Source: Gordius albopunctatus (lineage: Eukaryota). From it: a stretch of DNA of 64,000 bases. The stretch covers positions 18,662,001 to 18,726,000 of the forward strand of contig OZ193909.1 of assembly GCA_964276515.1 (NCBI GenBank). The letters are read 5' to 3'. Positions 49,601-60,822 of the stretch are shown here, one piece after another; within the stretch, counting starts at the first letter, position 1; every line of letters starts with the position of its first letter. Made by a program: the position numbers and the translations under genes. A model generated the notes under the pieces. That model was not told the DNA's origin. It was given only the letters and a program-made list of their open reading frames with translations, and did no database searches.

Positions 49601-50223
49601 CGAATATGCTAGGCACCCTCTACACTGCCTAGCAAACAAATATAAATACGTTAGGCACACTAAAGCTAATTTATTAATTCAAGCTGCCCTTAAAAAGGCC
49701 AAAATCCCCTCAATCCTTGAGCCGTCAGATCCCTCTCTTGAAGGTAGGATGCGCCCTGACGGCTCTTCTCTAGTCCCCTGGCAAAATGGCCTATCCCTCA
49801 AATGGGATTTTACTTGTATTGACCTTTTTGCACCTTCCCATTTTAATTACGACCCTATCGCTACAGAAGAAGGGCGTAAAACTACAAAGTATTCTGCCCT
49901 TTTGGCATCCAATATTTTTATCCCTGTCGTTGCCACGTGCTCTGGTTCCTTTGGAAAACAGGCAATGGGGTTTTTTAAAGAAATAGGAAAACGCACCCCG
50001 AAATCTAAAATTTCTGCGTCCTTTTTACTCAGGCAACAACTAGGGATTCTTGTTGCACGATACAACTTTAAATCATTCGCCGACTCATGGCCCATTTTAG
50101 AAGAGAATGATATAAATCTTTGTATTTAACCAATATGTCTTTATTTTTGTATTTCGCTTATTAATGTAACTTTGTTTCTTGAAAATAAACTTTTTAACAA
50201 AAAAAAAAAAAAAAAAAAAAAAA
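46627..50223 (+). mobile_element. CRE-like non-LTR retrotransposon (restriction-like endonuclease) with poly(A) tail
   Basis: Single ORF, aataaa at 50184, A-run 50199-50223 abutting host RT codons ITTPFG; the 5' boundary is inferred from the host junction. Confidence 0.85.
47253..50129 (+). CDS. RT-RLE polyprotein, 958 aa
   Basis: N-terminal CPTC..HGP..C finger; RPIAIG, LDFANAFN, QQGDPLGP, WYLDD; CQNC..HPLHC, RH, RPDG, E..K..KY endonuclease motifs. Confidence 0.92.
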   Translation: MLISKPLCPTCKRRICLDKHNCFWIHGPVSSRCPSSGKLPPPCLPIPPLASNFEEAPLLPIPSPVIPPSLQCSPSINQPPDSSWSNSFLTNPFPNTISRIPRGARPSIQQSLLNIFTSIIKNPYNLTNWDKLFKFPYYILYVREPNEHNLSSLIKESLLCFNTDVPITCTSKTKPFPLEPTINQTAKHISNKIHNFNPKSALRAFYDNNSIAPCCPDSYRELNQKHPAASSASRYPTSPSSIVLESSDIREALNSFPLDSAAGLDGWRPVYLQDLLNLNNLNTEPLLNSITSFCNIIVNGKFPHEIIPILFGAKLIAIKKPDNSVRPIAIGSLFRRIISKTLCKLIKPSLSAKLRPHQLGFGIKGGCEAASHAGRITLQNIPTESCFVKLDFANAFNCIRRETLINTFLAEFPQFVNYILLSYGSTTKLRFGEYVIDSSEGIQQGDPLGPPLFCLAIHNLVEAISSQCILDLNVWYLDDATLCGRPEEISKAIQIINNFKPTLNLTLNSKKCEIFQAPNTIDFPIFKPFLVLEKENISLLGSPIGGEKSLLNFLHKNLEILKSKTELLKCLPAHHSFYIIKNYFNISKINHCFRSSGAFLHLDVLKSYEGFLKTLLEKILNLKFNTNNWIQASLPTKSGGLGIRPPGSISLAAFISSFKSVQNLIFNLIKHDSDPLLTQALELWNLNVTPETIQPQSTRQKDWDSGLVSRSVDYLLSSSDDSQHYNLRSLAFDGSGHEWLEAYPSKLLGMLLEDFELSYSIALRLGISYSREFNCQNCLTVVDEYARHPLHCLANKYKYVRHTKANLLIQAALKKAKIPSILEPSDPSLEGRMRPDGSSLVPWQNGLSLKWDFTCIDLFAPSHFNYDPIATEEGRKTTKYSALLASNIFIPVVATCSGSFGKQAMGFFKEIGKRTPKSKISASFLLRQQLGILVARYNFKSFADSWPILEENDINLCI

Positions 50224-53200
50224 TCACAACACCTTTTGGGCTGTTTGAATTTGTAAGAATGCCGTTCGGAGTGCGGAATGCAGCACAAACATTTCAGCAC
50301 CTCATAGATGACATTTTTAATGGTTTGGACTTTGTGTATGCTTACATCAATGATATACTTATCGCCAGTTCCACAGAACATGAACACAAATTACACCTCT
50401 CAACAGTTTTTAAACGATTACAAACATACGGTATTCGTATAAATCTATCAAAATGTTCTTTGGGCCAAAATCACTAAACTTTTTTGGTCATCATGTCGAT
50501 CAAAATGACATACGCCCCTTGTAAAACAAAATTGATGGAATTAGGGATTTTCCGATTCCTCAAACAGAGTTTGAAGCGTTTTTTTAGGTATGGTAAATTT
50601 TTATAGACGTTTATACCAAATTGTGTTACAATTTTGAAACCACTTACCGACTTATTAAACAATGATGAGAAAGATATTAAAATAATGGAGGCAGAAATGA
50701 ATTCATTTAATCTCTTAAAACAAAGTATAATTAAAGCAACTAATTTAGGATTTTTGAAATCAAACAGTTGGTTATCATTAACCACAGATGCTTCGAACAT
50801 AGCAGTTGGTGGAGTTTTGCATCAGGTAAGCAATAACAAACAAGAACCACTAGCCTTTTTTCTCAAAAATTATCAGCAGCTCAAACACGCTATAGTACAT
50901 TTGGTCGAGAATTACTAGCTATTTTTCTGGCGATTAAACATTTCAAACACATACTAGAGGGACGCAATTTTACTATATTTACGGATCATAAACCTTTAAT
51001 TTATGCTTTTTAGGCAAAAATTGATCGTTATTCACCCAGTGAGATCCGACATTTAGATTTTGTCTCTCAATTCAGTACTGACATTGGCTTTATAAAAGGT
51101 AATAGTAATATTACAGCGGACACATTATCTCGATCAGACATAACTTCTTTAACTTTATCTATTTGTCCTAATGAGAGTCAAATAGTTTTGAAGAAAAAGA
51201 ATGATACTGAGTTATTTCTCAACACAAAAATTTTACGTTTTGTAAAATTTTGCCCTACCAGAAGACATGATAAGAAGGAATATATCCCTAATAATATAAA
51301 AACATCAGATTATGTTTTTGTACGCAATGACACGGTCAGAAAATCTTTACAACCCCCATATGATGGACCCTTTAAAGTACTAAAAAGGAGAAAAAAATTT
51401 TCATAGTGAAAAAAGGTAATAAAGAGGAAACCATATCAATTGACAGGCTCAAATCAGCATGGATTAAAACGGAAGAATATGATAGTAACACTTTACCTGT
51501 CCATCAACGAATTTCTAGACATGGAAGAACTATAACTATTCCACAAGAATTTTCTTCTTACAAATTATAATGTATATATATTTTTCCCCCTTTTTAGGGG
51601 GGGGAGTATCTGTAGGGAAACAAATTACAGTTACGTTGCAAGAGATTTGGTTGTAATACGTACAAGGTGAAAATAGAAAGAATACACACACAGAATTATC
51701 TTTCATTTGAATGTCATTGTTATCTATTGCTATAGAAACTCGCCATTTTATAAGTTTCGCATCATTGTTCTTTTTATCATTTAATAAATTATATTCCTCC
51801 CCTCTCATTAAACTTGTAAGCTAATGTTGCAATGGATGCATGTTCATGGGCGTAGGCAGGATTGAAATTGGAGCCGGACAATAATGATTTATGGAGGGGC
51901 AAAATGATAATTTTTTTTAATTTTAGCCATAATTAAATCATCAAATTTTAAAGAACATTCCCATGCGCATGTTGATAAACTGATTACCTTTAAAATATTA
52001 CACTTTGCTTTATACGTAAATTAATTTATATTTTTGCGATTAGATAAACCAATAAAATTTTCAGATAACATGTATACATGGAATACATTACAGACAATTA
52101 TATAGTGCATATTTATTAATAGCCCATCATTCATTAAGCCTAATCATTTGTCAAAACAAAACGTAAAACTATGATGTATCATAAAACATTCTTGTAAAGG
52201 TGTAAACAGCTTAGATAATATACGATTTTATAGGGGCAGTCGTTGATGCCTTAAGGAAATTTTATATATTTTATTATGATATTTTATTAAACTTTAAACA
52301 TATATAAAATATAATATGCGACCAAATTTTTAATTTTATCACTATAAAACTTTTAAATTAATAATTATAATTAAATATAAAACAATATAGGTAAAAACAG
52401 TATTATCGACCATTGTATTATTGGTAAAATCTTACCGTTTTCGATAGGCGATGGATTATAATTTTTTGGGTGCGATGATAATAATAATAATTATACAAAA
52501 ACAAAACGCTAAGCTGGATATAAATAAATGTAATTTTGTGAAGCCACGTCCGTGGAAAAGGTGTGTGTTTACCGGCGTCATACACGCCCTCTTTATTAAT
52601 TTCGCCTTCAAATTTTAATCATAAATACACTATATTAAGGCACATATTAAGCACAGCCAAATTTGGTTTAACTCTTATTCACAAAATAATTATGGAAAAA
52701 TAAGAATTTTCAGGGGTAAAACAACCCTTTTTAACTTTTAAATTTTGCAAATTACAAAAAATGACGTGTTTCTTTAACTTTTTACAAATTTCATAGCAAA
52801 AAGAATAGACTTTTTTATATAACTTATGTGTAAATGTATAGTGTTGAAAGTTTTAGTCATCTATAAACACTAAAAGTTCAATGATCACTCTGGGGCTATC
52901 GCGTTCAGGGTTATCATTTACTTTTCACCTATTTATTTAATTAGGCATAGTGCGTAACTACTGTCAAAAAATTAAAGTTATTACAATTAAAAGTATAGCA
53001 AAATGTTTAATATTGGAGAAAACTTTGCAAAAGAAGCAAAAACAATATCACTTTTATCAATGAACGAATGTTAGCTAATTGGCTCATAAATTCTTTTAGG
53101 TCTATGTCATAAACAAGTAATATATAAGTTAGAAACTATTAATTTATCGGCAAAGAGAACTTTATTATCATCCTATTATTAATTTTTTATAACGTTTGCA

Positions 53201-53679
53201 GAAGTGGCTACCTAGGGTTAATGAAAAAATTATTGCATTATACACACCAATTGCCTAGGCTGGATTGCCCAAGGGAGGGGTTAACTTTGCGTCACAAATT
53301 TAGATTGAATAATTATGTTGTACATTCAATATCTATGATGGTTTTTCGGTAAAAAACGGATTATAATATCTTCAGTATTATGCGTGTACTTCAAGAAACA
53401 GAACAATTACATTGTTTAAATTCTGTAACCCTATTCGGTCTGTTGTCTTTTTTCCAAGGACGCATTTGCAATCGGGTACTTTCGATGTTTATATTAATAT
53501 GCTAACCAAGGCCACTGTATAAACTCGAGATATGCACGGATCTTTCAAACTTAATTGGCCACCCTACGCTACTGGCCTTTATAATGCAATAAAAATAATT
53601 ATAATAGCCTTACCCTGACATATATAGTAGAATTTTGTACAAAAATAAAACGAATAGCATAAAATATTTGTCATATATG

Positions 53680-53935
53680 TGAACACGTGTATTTGTATAT
53701 CATTTTCTACAGATTATATTATTGCTATAATTATATATTTTAATATTGTAAGCCAAATCCGAGTTGGTAATTACCATATGTTTTTGTGCTTATCCTTCTA
53801 ATTATCCTTTGTTCATTAGTTTCCCCACCCTGGCCCTATTGACTGATAAAATTATCTTATTATTTCTAATATTATTTATTATTCCTTAATAAAGACTAAT
53901 AAGATTATCTCATTATTTCTAATATTATTTCTTAT
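53680..53935 (+). repeat. Dispersed repeat, homolog of 4045-4290
   Basis: Direct sequence similarity over about 250 bp. Confidence 0.65.
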
Positions 53936-54084
53936 TCTTTAATAATTTCTTTCCTTTAAAAATTGAAGGGTCCCTCTGGTTTTGTTCTTGGACATTCTCA
54001 TGTGCTCCATCACCAATGTGTAATATTCAATAAACTATTGAAGTGGACTAGCTGTAAGGATGAAATGGGGTGGAAATTGTCAGT

Positions 54085-54270
54085 AGGGGAAATATGGAGG
54101 GTTTGAGGGTGTGGACTTGGCAACGTGGGTTCTGGGGAAGCTAGTTCCAGGAATGGGTTAGCTATGAAGGTGAGAGGTGGTGAAAATTGTTACAAGGGGA
54201 AATATAGGGTGTTTGAGGGTGTGGATTTGGAAAAGTGGGTTTTGGGGAAGCTAGTAGCAGGTGGTGAATT
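54085..54270. repeat. Two ~110-bp tandem G-rich units
   Basis: aggggaaatat.g.g.gtttgagggtgtgga.ttgg.aa.gtgggtt.tggggaagctagt occurs twice. Confidence 0.7.
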
Positions 54271-54399
54271 AATATGTGGTTTTTCATTTAAAGTATTAGG
54301 GTGTTCCTGGCATACGGGATGTATTTATAAATACCTCATTTACGGCTTGTGGGAATAATCCTATCCTCCCCACACTCTAAATAGGCCAGAGAAACAAGT

Positions 54400-55480
54400 T
54401 AGAATATCTCCATAGAATAATGTTTCCTATTTCATTGAATTAACATCATAAGTTCTCATTATCATCCCATGCTGTGTGGGCGCGTAATTATATTGGGAAA
54501 GAAAAATGGTTAGAAACTAAGATCCTATCTCAGAAGGGTACAAAAATGTACGAGATAGAAGTGCTAGCTTCTCCGGGTAGACACGCGCGACACGTGGAGC
54601 AGTTACGTTCTAGATTGATATAATAATCTTTTTATATTTTATCTAGATGGAATACAGAACCGAATGGGTGATCGTGGAGGTGCGCTTAAGAGCGATAGCC
54701 CACAAACGAAGGGAGAGGCCGAGACCTATCGTTTTTGAGGTCCGAGAGGGACGGCCAATGGAACCCTAAGTTAGCGTGCGTCACAAAGATACCCGTACGA
54801 AGGAAAGTGCGGCGGGTAGGCATAGACGGGCAACACGTCGGAATGAAGCTAGACCTAATTCGGGTAGGCAGAGCAACGCTGTATCCAGACACCGTAGCCA
54901 ACCGCGGGGTTTAGCTGGACGAATTGACCAAGTGCAGCAACAAACGACTACGACGCAACGTAACCAAAATCGGCAGATACGTCCCGAGGCGAGAACGGAA
55001 GAAAGAAGAAGGTCGTCAAGCTGTCGGCAAGTGGAACATCAGGCAGCAATAAGGTAGACCAGAGCCTTCTGCCGGGGATGCAGGCGCTGGCACCGAATGC
55101 CGATGTGTAGACAAAGAATTCCGTCCAGGCCAGCAAGGCAGGACAGGACGGTAGCGCCGGTAGTTTCGATAACGCCGGCAGTAACGATAACGACGGCGGA
55201 GCCTGTGGGCGTGGAAGTGGTTACGACGGACACCAGTCAGGTCGTGGTCCGCCCTGAGGAAGAAATGACATTATTAGAGAATACTCCAGGGCGGGACAGC
55301 ACGGACCCGGTGGTCCCTCAATTTTAAAGAATGAGATGTAAGGATCTGTTACCATTCCAGGTGTGGATTATTATTATAATTACCATTTTTATTATATAAA
55401 ATATTCGAGATCGTTTTTGTAACGAAGAGACGCATTTAAAATCAATTTGGCAGAGCCGAACTCTTAGTAAATGTATCCTA
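54400..55480 (+). mobile_element. Ty3/Gypsy 3' remnant with extra ORF, PPT and LTR start
   Basis: Integrase C-terminus VWARNYIGKEKW...GTKMYEIE...RHVEQLR; purine tract aaagaatgaga followed by TGTAAGG at 55337; the LTR end is not defined. Confidence 0.72.
54647..55327 (+). pseudogene. Gypsy accessory ORF (226 codons, two in-frame stops), Arg-rich with C-x2-C-x3-H-x4-C
   Basis: tttttatattttatctag|ATG; ORFs 54776-55057 and 55097-55327 share one frame with this ATG; CRGCRRWHRMPMC. Confidence 0.65.
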
Positions 55481-56444
55481 GCATAGTATACATAACACAA
55501 ATTAGTCCTCCTACGAGTCAGGATTTTTATTAACAGAACGATTCTTATTCAAAAATTAAGCTGTTCAAAAAAAATCCAGTTTCCAGACTAGACAATAAAA
55601 CTAATATTCAAATTTTAAATATTTAATTAATACAAAAAGCTAGTATAAAAAATATTAATAATTAAACGCATAAAATGAATAAGCTATTATTTTATAAACA
55701 ATTGCATATAATATAGCGTGTCTACATTTGATATTCGTCTAATGTTAATATATATTTAAATATTTACAAGTATGTTTTAAGTTGCTAACGATTATAAATA
55801 CACTAAAACATTGTCAAAGTAGGTGATTCTATACAATTATATGTCTACATATAATCATAGCTTAATAGTAATTAATAATATGGATAGTATATTTAAATAT
55901 TCACCAGTACACTTTAAGTTGTTAATATTTATAAATATACTAAAGCACCGTCATATTAGGTTATTTTATATACAGTTACATGTGTTATGTATACATATAA
56001 TAATAGCTTAATAGTAATTAATAATATAGATAGCATATTTAATTATTTACAAGTATGTTTTAAGTTGCTAATGATTATAAATACACTAAAACATTGTCAA
56101 AGTAGGTGATTCTATACAATTACATGTCTACATATAATAATAGCTTAATAGTAATTAATAATATGGATAGCATATTTAAATATTCACCAGTACACTTTAA
56201 GTTTTTAATGTTTTTAAATATACTAAAGCACTGTCATATTAGGTTATTCTATATACAGTTACATGTTTTATGTATACATATAATAATAGCTTAATAGTAA
56301 TTAATAATATAGATAGCATATTTAATTTTTAACAAGTATGTTTTAAGTTGCTAATGATTATAAATACACTAAAAGATTGTCAAAGTAGGTGATTCTATAT
56401 ACAGTTACATGTTTATATATAATAATAGCTTAATAGTAATTAAT

Positions 56445-58745
56445 AAGTAAGTAAGTAAGTTTGCCGCGAAGACGCCCAAGAGCTTAGTTAGTGCAATCTA
56501 AGGTTGAGCCCCTTCTAACGCCAAATGGCGCATCAGGCCACGTTAGTGATAACGTGTGTAAGTAGGCTGTAAAAAAATGATTAACATGCAGTGTAATTAT
56601 GACATGTAAATATGTAATACCTGTTGACTTGAAAGTAATGTAAAGCCTTTAATGCAAGGTCGTAAATGAATAGTGTGTGAGAAGATCCTTACTGGGGGAG
56701 CCGCAATAATTTGTTCTTTGAGAAGTCTTTCCAACGTTTCCTGTCTTGCATGATGGGCAGCAATGAATTCCAATCATGGCCCATTGTTTGGACATCGCGG
56801 AACACCTTGTAAAGCCAGCTGCCATTGCATTTGCGACCTTTTAGCTGAGGTGGACACCAGAACAGGGAAGATAGACAGTAGTTGGTTCCCTTCCTCCGCA
56901 TTTGATGAGCCAAAAAACCCCATTTTCTCGCGAGTAGAATATTTTTAATTGGAGCGATTTTGCAACGCACCCATAGATCCTCGTTGGTTATTCTCAACGG
57001 ATAAAATATCCGGCAAACGATACGTAGCATTTTATTAAGACTGACTTGCAGTTTCTTTAAGCTAGGAGCCTTCAGCGACCAAGATTCGCAACCGTATAGG
57101 AGGATTGGTAGGAACGTGACTTTGAAAATCCTCAAACGCGTCTGGAGCGTCAGTTGACGTGAGCGCCATATCACCGAGCAAGAGTAGAATTTGACCATGG
57201 TCCGGCGGAGCTTCGATTCGGCATCCGCTTCGGCGTAGGTATCTGGAGTAAGCTCCACTCCCAAATATCGGACTTTTTGAGATGCATTTATTACGATGTT
57301 GTTGATTACCAGAGTAGAGTTCGAGGGATCGTTTATGCATATCATAGAGCATTTGTCGGGGTTTATGAGCAGTCCTGCTTGCTTGGCTTGGATGCTGAAC
57401 CTGTCTAACATTAGTTGTGCTTTGGAGATAGAAGGGGCCACTAGACAAATGTCGTCTGCGAACAACAGGGATGATAGAGTAGTGCCGTTTAGTTTGATAC
57501 CATCTGTCAGAAGTGTGGATCTCTTCATTATTAGATCCATCGCAATTATAAAGAGGAGAGGAGACAGCGGACATCCTTGCCTGACACCAGATGTTACTGG
57601 TAAGGGTTCCGATTTGTGGTGGAGGTGGGAGATAACTAGTTTCATGTTTTCGTAGAGTAGAAAGATCATGAGAATTATTTTCTTAGGCAAGCCTAAGAGG
57701 CATAGTGCTTCCCAAATGTATAGATGGCACAGCGAATCAAAAGCTTTAGCGATGTCCAAAAATACAAGAACCAAGGGGGAACCGCTTGTCCGTGAAATAT
57801 TCATTATGTTCCTTAAAGTTATTATGTGCTCTGTCGTCGTACGGCACTTCCTAAAACCAGTTTGATTGTTTTTAATTATTTCATCCACCTCGCTGTAAAT
57901 TCGATTGTAAATAACCTTGATGAATATTTTTGATTCAATGTTAATGATAGTCACGCCCCGGTAGTTGTTGGGATTGGATGGATCACCTTTTTTGAACAGT
58001 TTGATCAAGTGACCTATTGTCCAGGAGTCCGGTATTACCTCTTTCGTCCAAACTTTCCGAAACAAGTGGTGCAAAAGAGAGCTAGAGATAAGGGGGTCGG
58101 CTTTGAGTGCTTCCGAGGTTAGGCCTGACGGGTCGGCCGCTTTGTGGAGTTTGAGTGACTTGATAGCTCTGTCAATTTCAGATAAATAGGGTGGGTCCGT
58201 ATCAATGTGGAGGGGTGGTGGGCCTTTGAAGTTAACGATAAATCCTCTGTATATATCCACTACAGGGAATAAGGGCTGGGCCGATAAAATTGAACGAAAA
58301 TGGTCTTCCCAAGCTTTGGTTTGGGCCAAGGAGTCGTTTGAGCCGCCAACTGTGCTTATGCTATTGTAGGCTCGTTTGGAGAATGTGTTATAGTTAAGGC
58401 TATCTAGAATGGTAAATAGCTGGTGATTGTTATTGGAACGTGCTGCCGCTTCGGCCTCTGTGGTTTTTGCGTTAATAAACGCAATTTTATCTTGTCTGAT
58501 GCTGGATTTAATCCGCTTGCTGAGGGCGGATAAGCATGCGTTTTTGAAAGGAAACTCATTTCTATCACAGTAGATGTTAGATTTTGTCTTGAGGAGCCCA
58601 ATTGTTTTTCCTGAAAACCATGTCTTTGTTCTAATTCGACACTGCTCCTTCAAGGGGATTGTAAATATTTCAGATATTTTTATGCTGTGGTCGTTTATCG
58701 ACAGGTCGGAGAGATTGCTATTTTGGATTTTTAGTTTAAGGTGAA
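56445..58745 (-). mobile_element. 5'-truncated RTE-like LINE with an (ACTT)n 3' tail
   Basis: aagtaagtaagtaagt at 56445-56460; GC-richer segment inserted into the tandem array. Confidence 0.88.
56689..58653 (-). CDS. LINE reverse transcriptase (RTE-like), N-terminally truncated
   Basis: KKGD..NYRG, QTGFR, LDIAKAFD, GVRQGCPLSP, LFADD, YLG, LLYGCESW; 654 codons open. Confidence 0.9.
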   Translation of the reverse strand: MKEQCRIRTKTWFSGKTIGLLKTKSNIYCDRNEFPFKNACLSALSKRIKSSIRQDKIAFINAKTTEAEAAARSNNNHQLFTILDSLNYNTFSKRAYNSISTVGGSNDSLAQTKAWEDHFRSILSAQPLFPVVDIYRGFIVNFKGPPPLHIDTDPPYLSEIDRAIKSLKLHKAADPSGLTSEALKADPLISSSLLHHLFRKVWTKEVIPDSWTIGHLIKLFKKGDPSNPNNYRGVTIINIESKIFIKVIYNRIYSEVDEIIKNNQTGFRKCRTTTEHIITLRNIMNISRTSGSPLVLVFLDIAKAFDSLCHLYIWEALCLLGLPKKIILMIFLLYENMKLVISHLHHKSEPLPVTSGVRQGCPLSPLLFIIAMDLIMKRSTLLTDGIKLNGTTLSSLLFADDICLVAPSISKAQLMLDRFSIQAKQAGLLINPDKCSMICINDPSNSTLVINNIVINASQKVRYLGVELTPDTYAEADAESKLRRTMVKFYSCSVIWRSRQLTLQTRLRIFKVTFLPILLYGCESWSLKAPSLKKLQVSLNKMLRIVCRIFYPLRITNEDLWVRCKIAPIKNILLARKWGFLAHQMRRKGTNYCLSSLFWCPPQLKGRKCNGSWLYKVFRDVQTMGHDWNSLLPIMQDRKRWKDFSKNKLLRLPQ

Positions 58746-60524
58746 TATGAATAGCATATTTAAATATTCGCCAGTACAGTACACTTTAAATTGTTAATGT
58801 TTATAAATACACTAAAGCACCTGGCATATTAGGTTATTCTATATACAGTTGCGTGTCTACATATATTAATAGCTTAATTTCAATTAATAAAATGGATAGC
58901 AAATTTAAATATTTACAAGTATGTTTTAAGTTGCTAATGATTATAAATACATTAAAATATTGTCAAAATAGGTGATTCTATATACAGTTACATGTCTAGC
59001 TTAAATTTAATTAATGATATGGATAGCAATAAATAATCACCAATACACTTTAAGTTGTTAATGATTATAAAAGACTAAAGCACTGTCAAAAAAGGTTATT
59101 CTATATACAGTTGCATATGATTCACCATGTCTACATATAACAGCTTAACACTTTAAGTTGCTAATGATTATAAATAAACTAAAACTTCATAACTGTTAAG
59201 GGCCATATTAGGATTTACTTTGAATTTCAAAATGCTGGCTACAATCTTCTCTTAATACTAAATTTAGCAGTTTAGGGACGGTTCACCTGATGTCTCTAGT
59301 GTCATATATAACTTCTTGCAAATCTGTTAGGATATTGTATGTAGATTATGTTCGGTTAGGGAAATTCCATATTTATCAATAAATTAGTTATTTAAATATT
59401 TAATCCATATCCTATAATATCTATAACACAAACGATAGTGTGTAAACTCAGGTTCTGTTTGTTGAGTCAGGTCCCAAATATTTAAAAGCCGCGCCCAGTA
59501 TTTGTTGGGGATGGCGTTGAAAAATGCAAAGTTTTTTTTATTAACTTACAAATCAATTGAGTATTTCATAAATTTATTTTTTTAAATGTCCACGGCAATT
59601 ATGCAAACAAGTGAGACACAAAAAGACACGATATAACAGTCAGAACAGACACTACAAGACAACCAAAAGCAAGGCCATAAATTGTATAGCAATTAATAAC
59701 CAGGGGTGTTCGTTTTTTCGTTTTGGTACATTCGCCTATCATGGGGTATTGTTCTTATAAAACTCATCTATACTCCATATAAACATAGCACATAGCTATG
59801 TAATTTATACACGAAATAGGTAAGAAGGGTAAAGAATGCCTATGGGGGGGGGGCAATGTAGCATGGAGTCAGATAATACTCGTTTATAATTGTTTTTTTT
59901 TCAAAACTATTTACAAAAATTTAGCTTTTTATGTATTTTAATGCAAAAAAACGAAGTTATTATTTTGCATTTAATACTTATTTTTAGGCGTAGGTTTTCT
60001 TTCACTCATTCTTTATTATTACCTGATTTGTCATTCATTACCTTATACCAAATTCTAAACTAATCAAAAATATTATTTATGGCGAGGGAAAGCAAACGGA
60101 GGGGATGACCTTGGAAAAGAGACCTTGGAAAAGACAATAGTCATCCTTCCAAATCTTACAACTTTAAATTGAGAATTAAAGTGGATTTCTTTAACGTAAA
60201 AGGAGCGGTCATAAGCTACTAAATTTGCGAGAGCAAAATAGAAGGCTTTTAAAGAAGCATATGTGCACAGCCAAAAATCCTTATATGCTTATTTAAGAGT
60301 CTATAAATTTTGAGGTTATGACATCTAAATAATTATAATACAAAAAGATGGTTATTGGTCCTAGAACCAATAGCCTCACATCTTTACCACATGGAATAGG
60401 GAAATATAGCCGAGGGGCTTATCCATGTGGTCAAAATATAATCAAAAAACGCGCGCATTTTAGCATGCTGAGAGACAATAGGGGGTTATCACAACTCTCT
60501 AAAGTCCCTTATTGGGAAATTTGT

Positions 60525-60822
60525 TATTAAGAGAAGATTGTAGCCAGTATTTTGAAATTCAAAATAAATCCTAATATGGCCCTTAACAGTTATGAAGTTT
60601 TAGTGTATTTATAATCATTAGAAACTTAAAACATACTTGTAAATATTTAAATTTGCTATCCATATAATTAATTAAAATTAAGCAATTATTATATGTAGAC
60701 ATGTAATTGTATATAGAATCACCTACTTTGACAATGTTTTAGTGTATTTATAATCATTAGCAACTTAAAACATACTTGTAAATATTTAAATTTGCTATCC
60801 ATATCATTAATTAAAATTAAGC
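60525..60822. repeat. Right arm of the foldback-like structure (reverse complement of about 58900-59256)
   Basis: tattaagagaagattgtagccag...ggcccttaacagttatgaagtttt is the reverse complement of 59181-59257 and is followed by inverted tandem subunits. Confidence 0.85.

Larger units (their letters stand above)
40843..51812 (+). mobile_element. Degenerate CsRn1-like Ty3/Gypsy element hosting two nested insertions
   Basis: 202-bp LTRs 40843-41044 and 51611-51812, TSD cttg, PBS tggtgaccccg, PPT ggggggggagtatc. Gag with WCWYH, protease LIDTGA, RT split at EDIP|ITTPFG, RNase H TDAS, integrase largely deleted (PPYDGPFKV remains). Confidence 0.93.
55700..59256. repeat. Tandem array (~283-bp dimer of ~140-bp subunits), left arm of a foldback-like structure, interrupted by an RTE LINE
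   Basis: Units at 55760-56445 and 58745-59180 (ttttaagttgctaatgattataaatacactaaa); near-identical ORFs at 55823 and 56106 are 283 bp apart. Confidence 0.88.

Noticed and set aside
55823..56294. Two near-identical 62-aa ORFs
   Set aside because: By-products of the 283-bp tandem repeat, with non-ATG starts.
60130..60524. Possible coding remnant in the foldback spacer
   Set aside because: Only a 60-aa frame with no transposase or RT motif I can identify.
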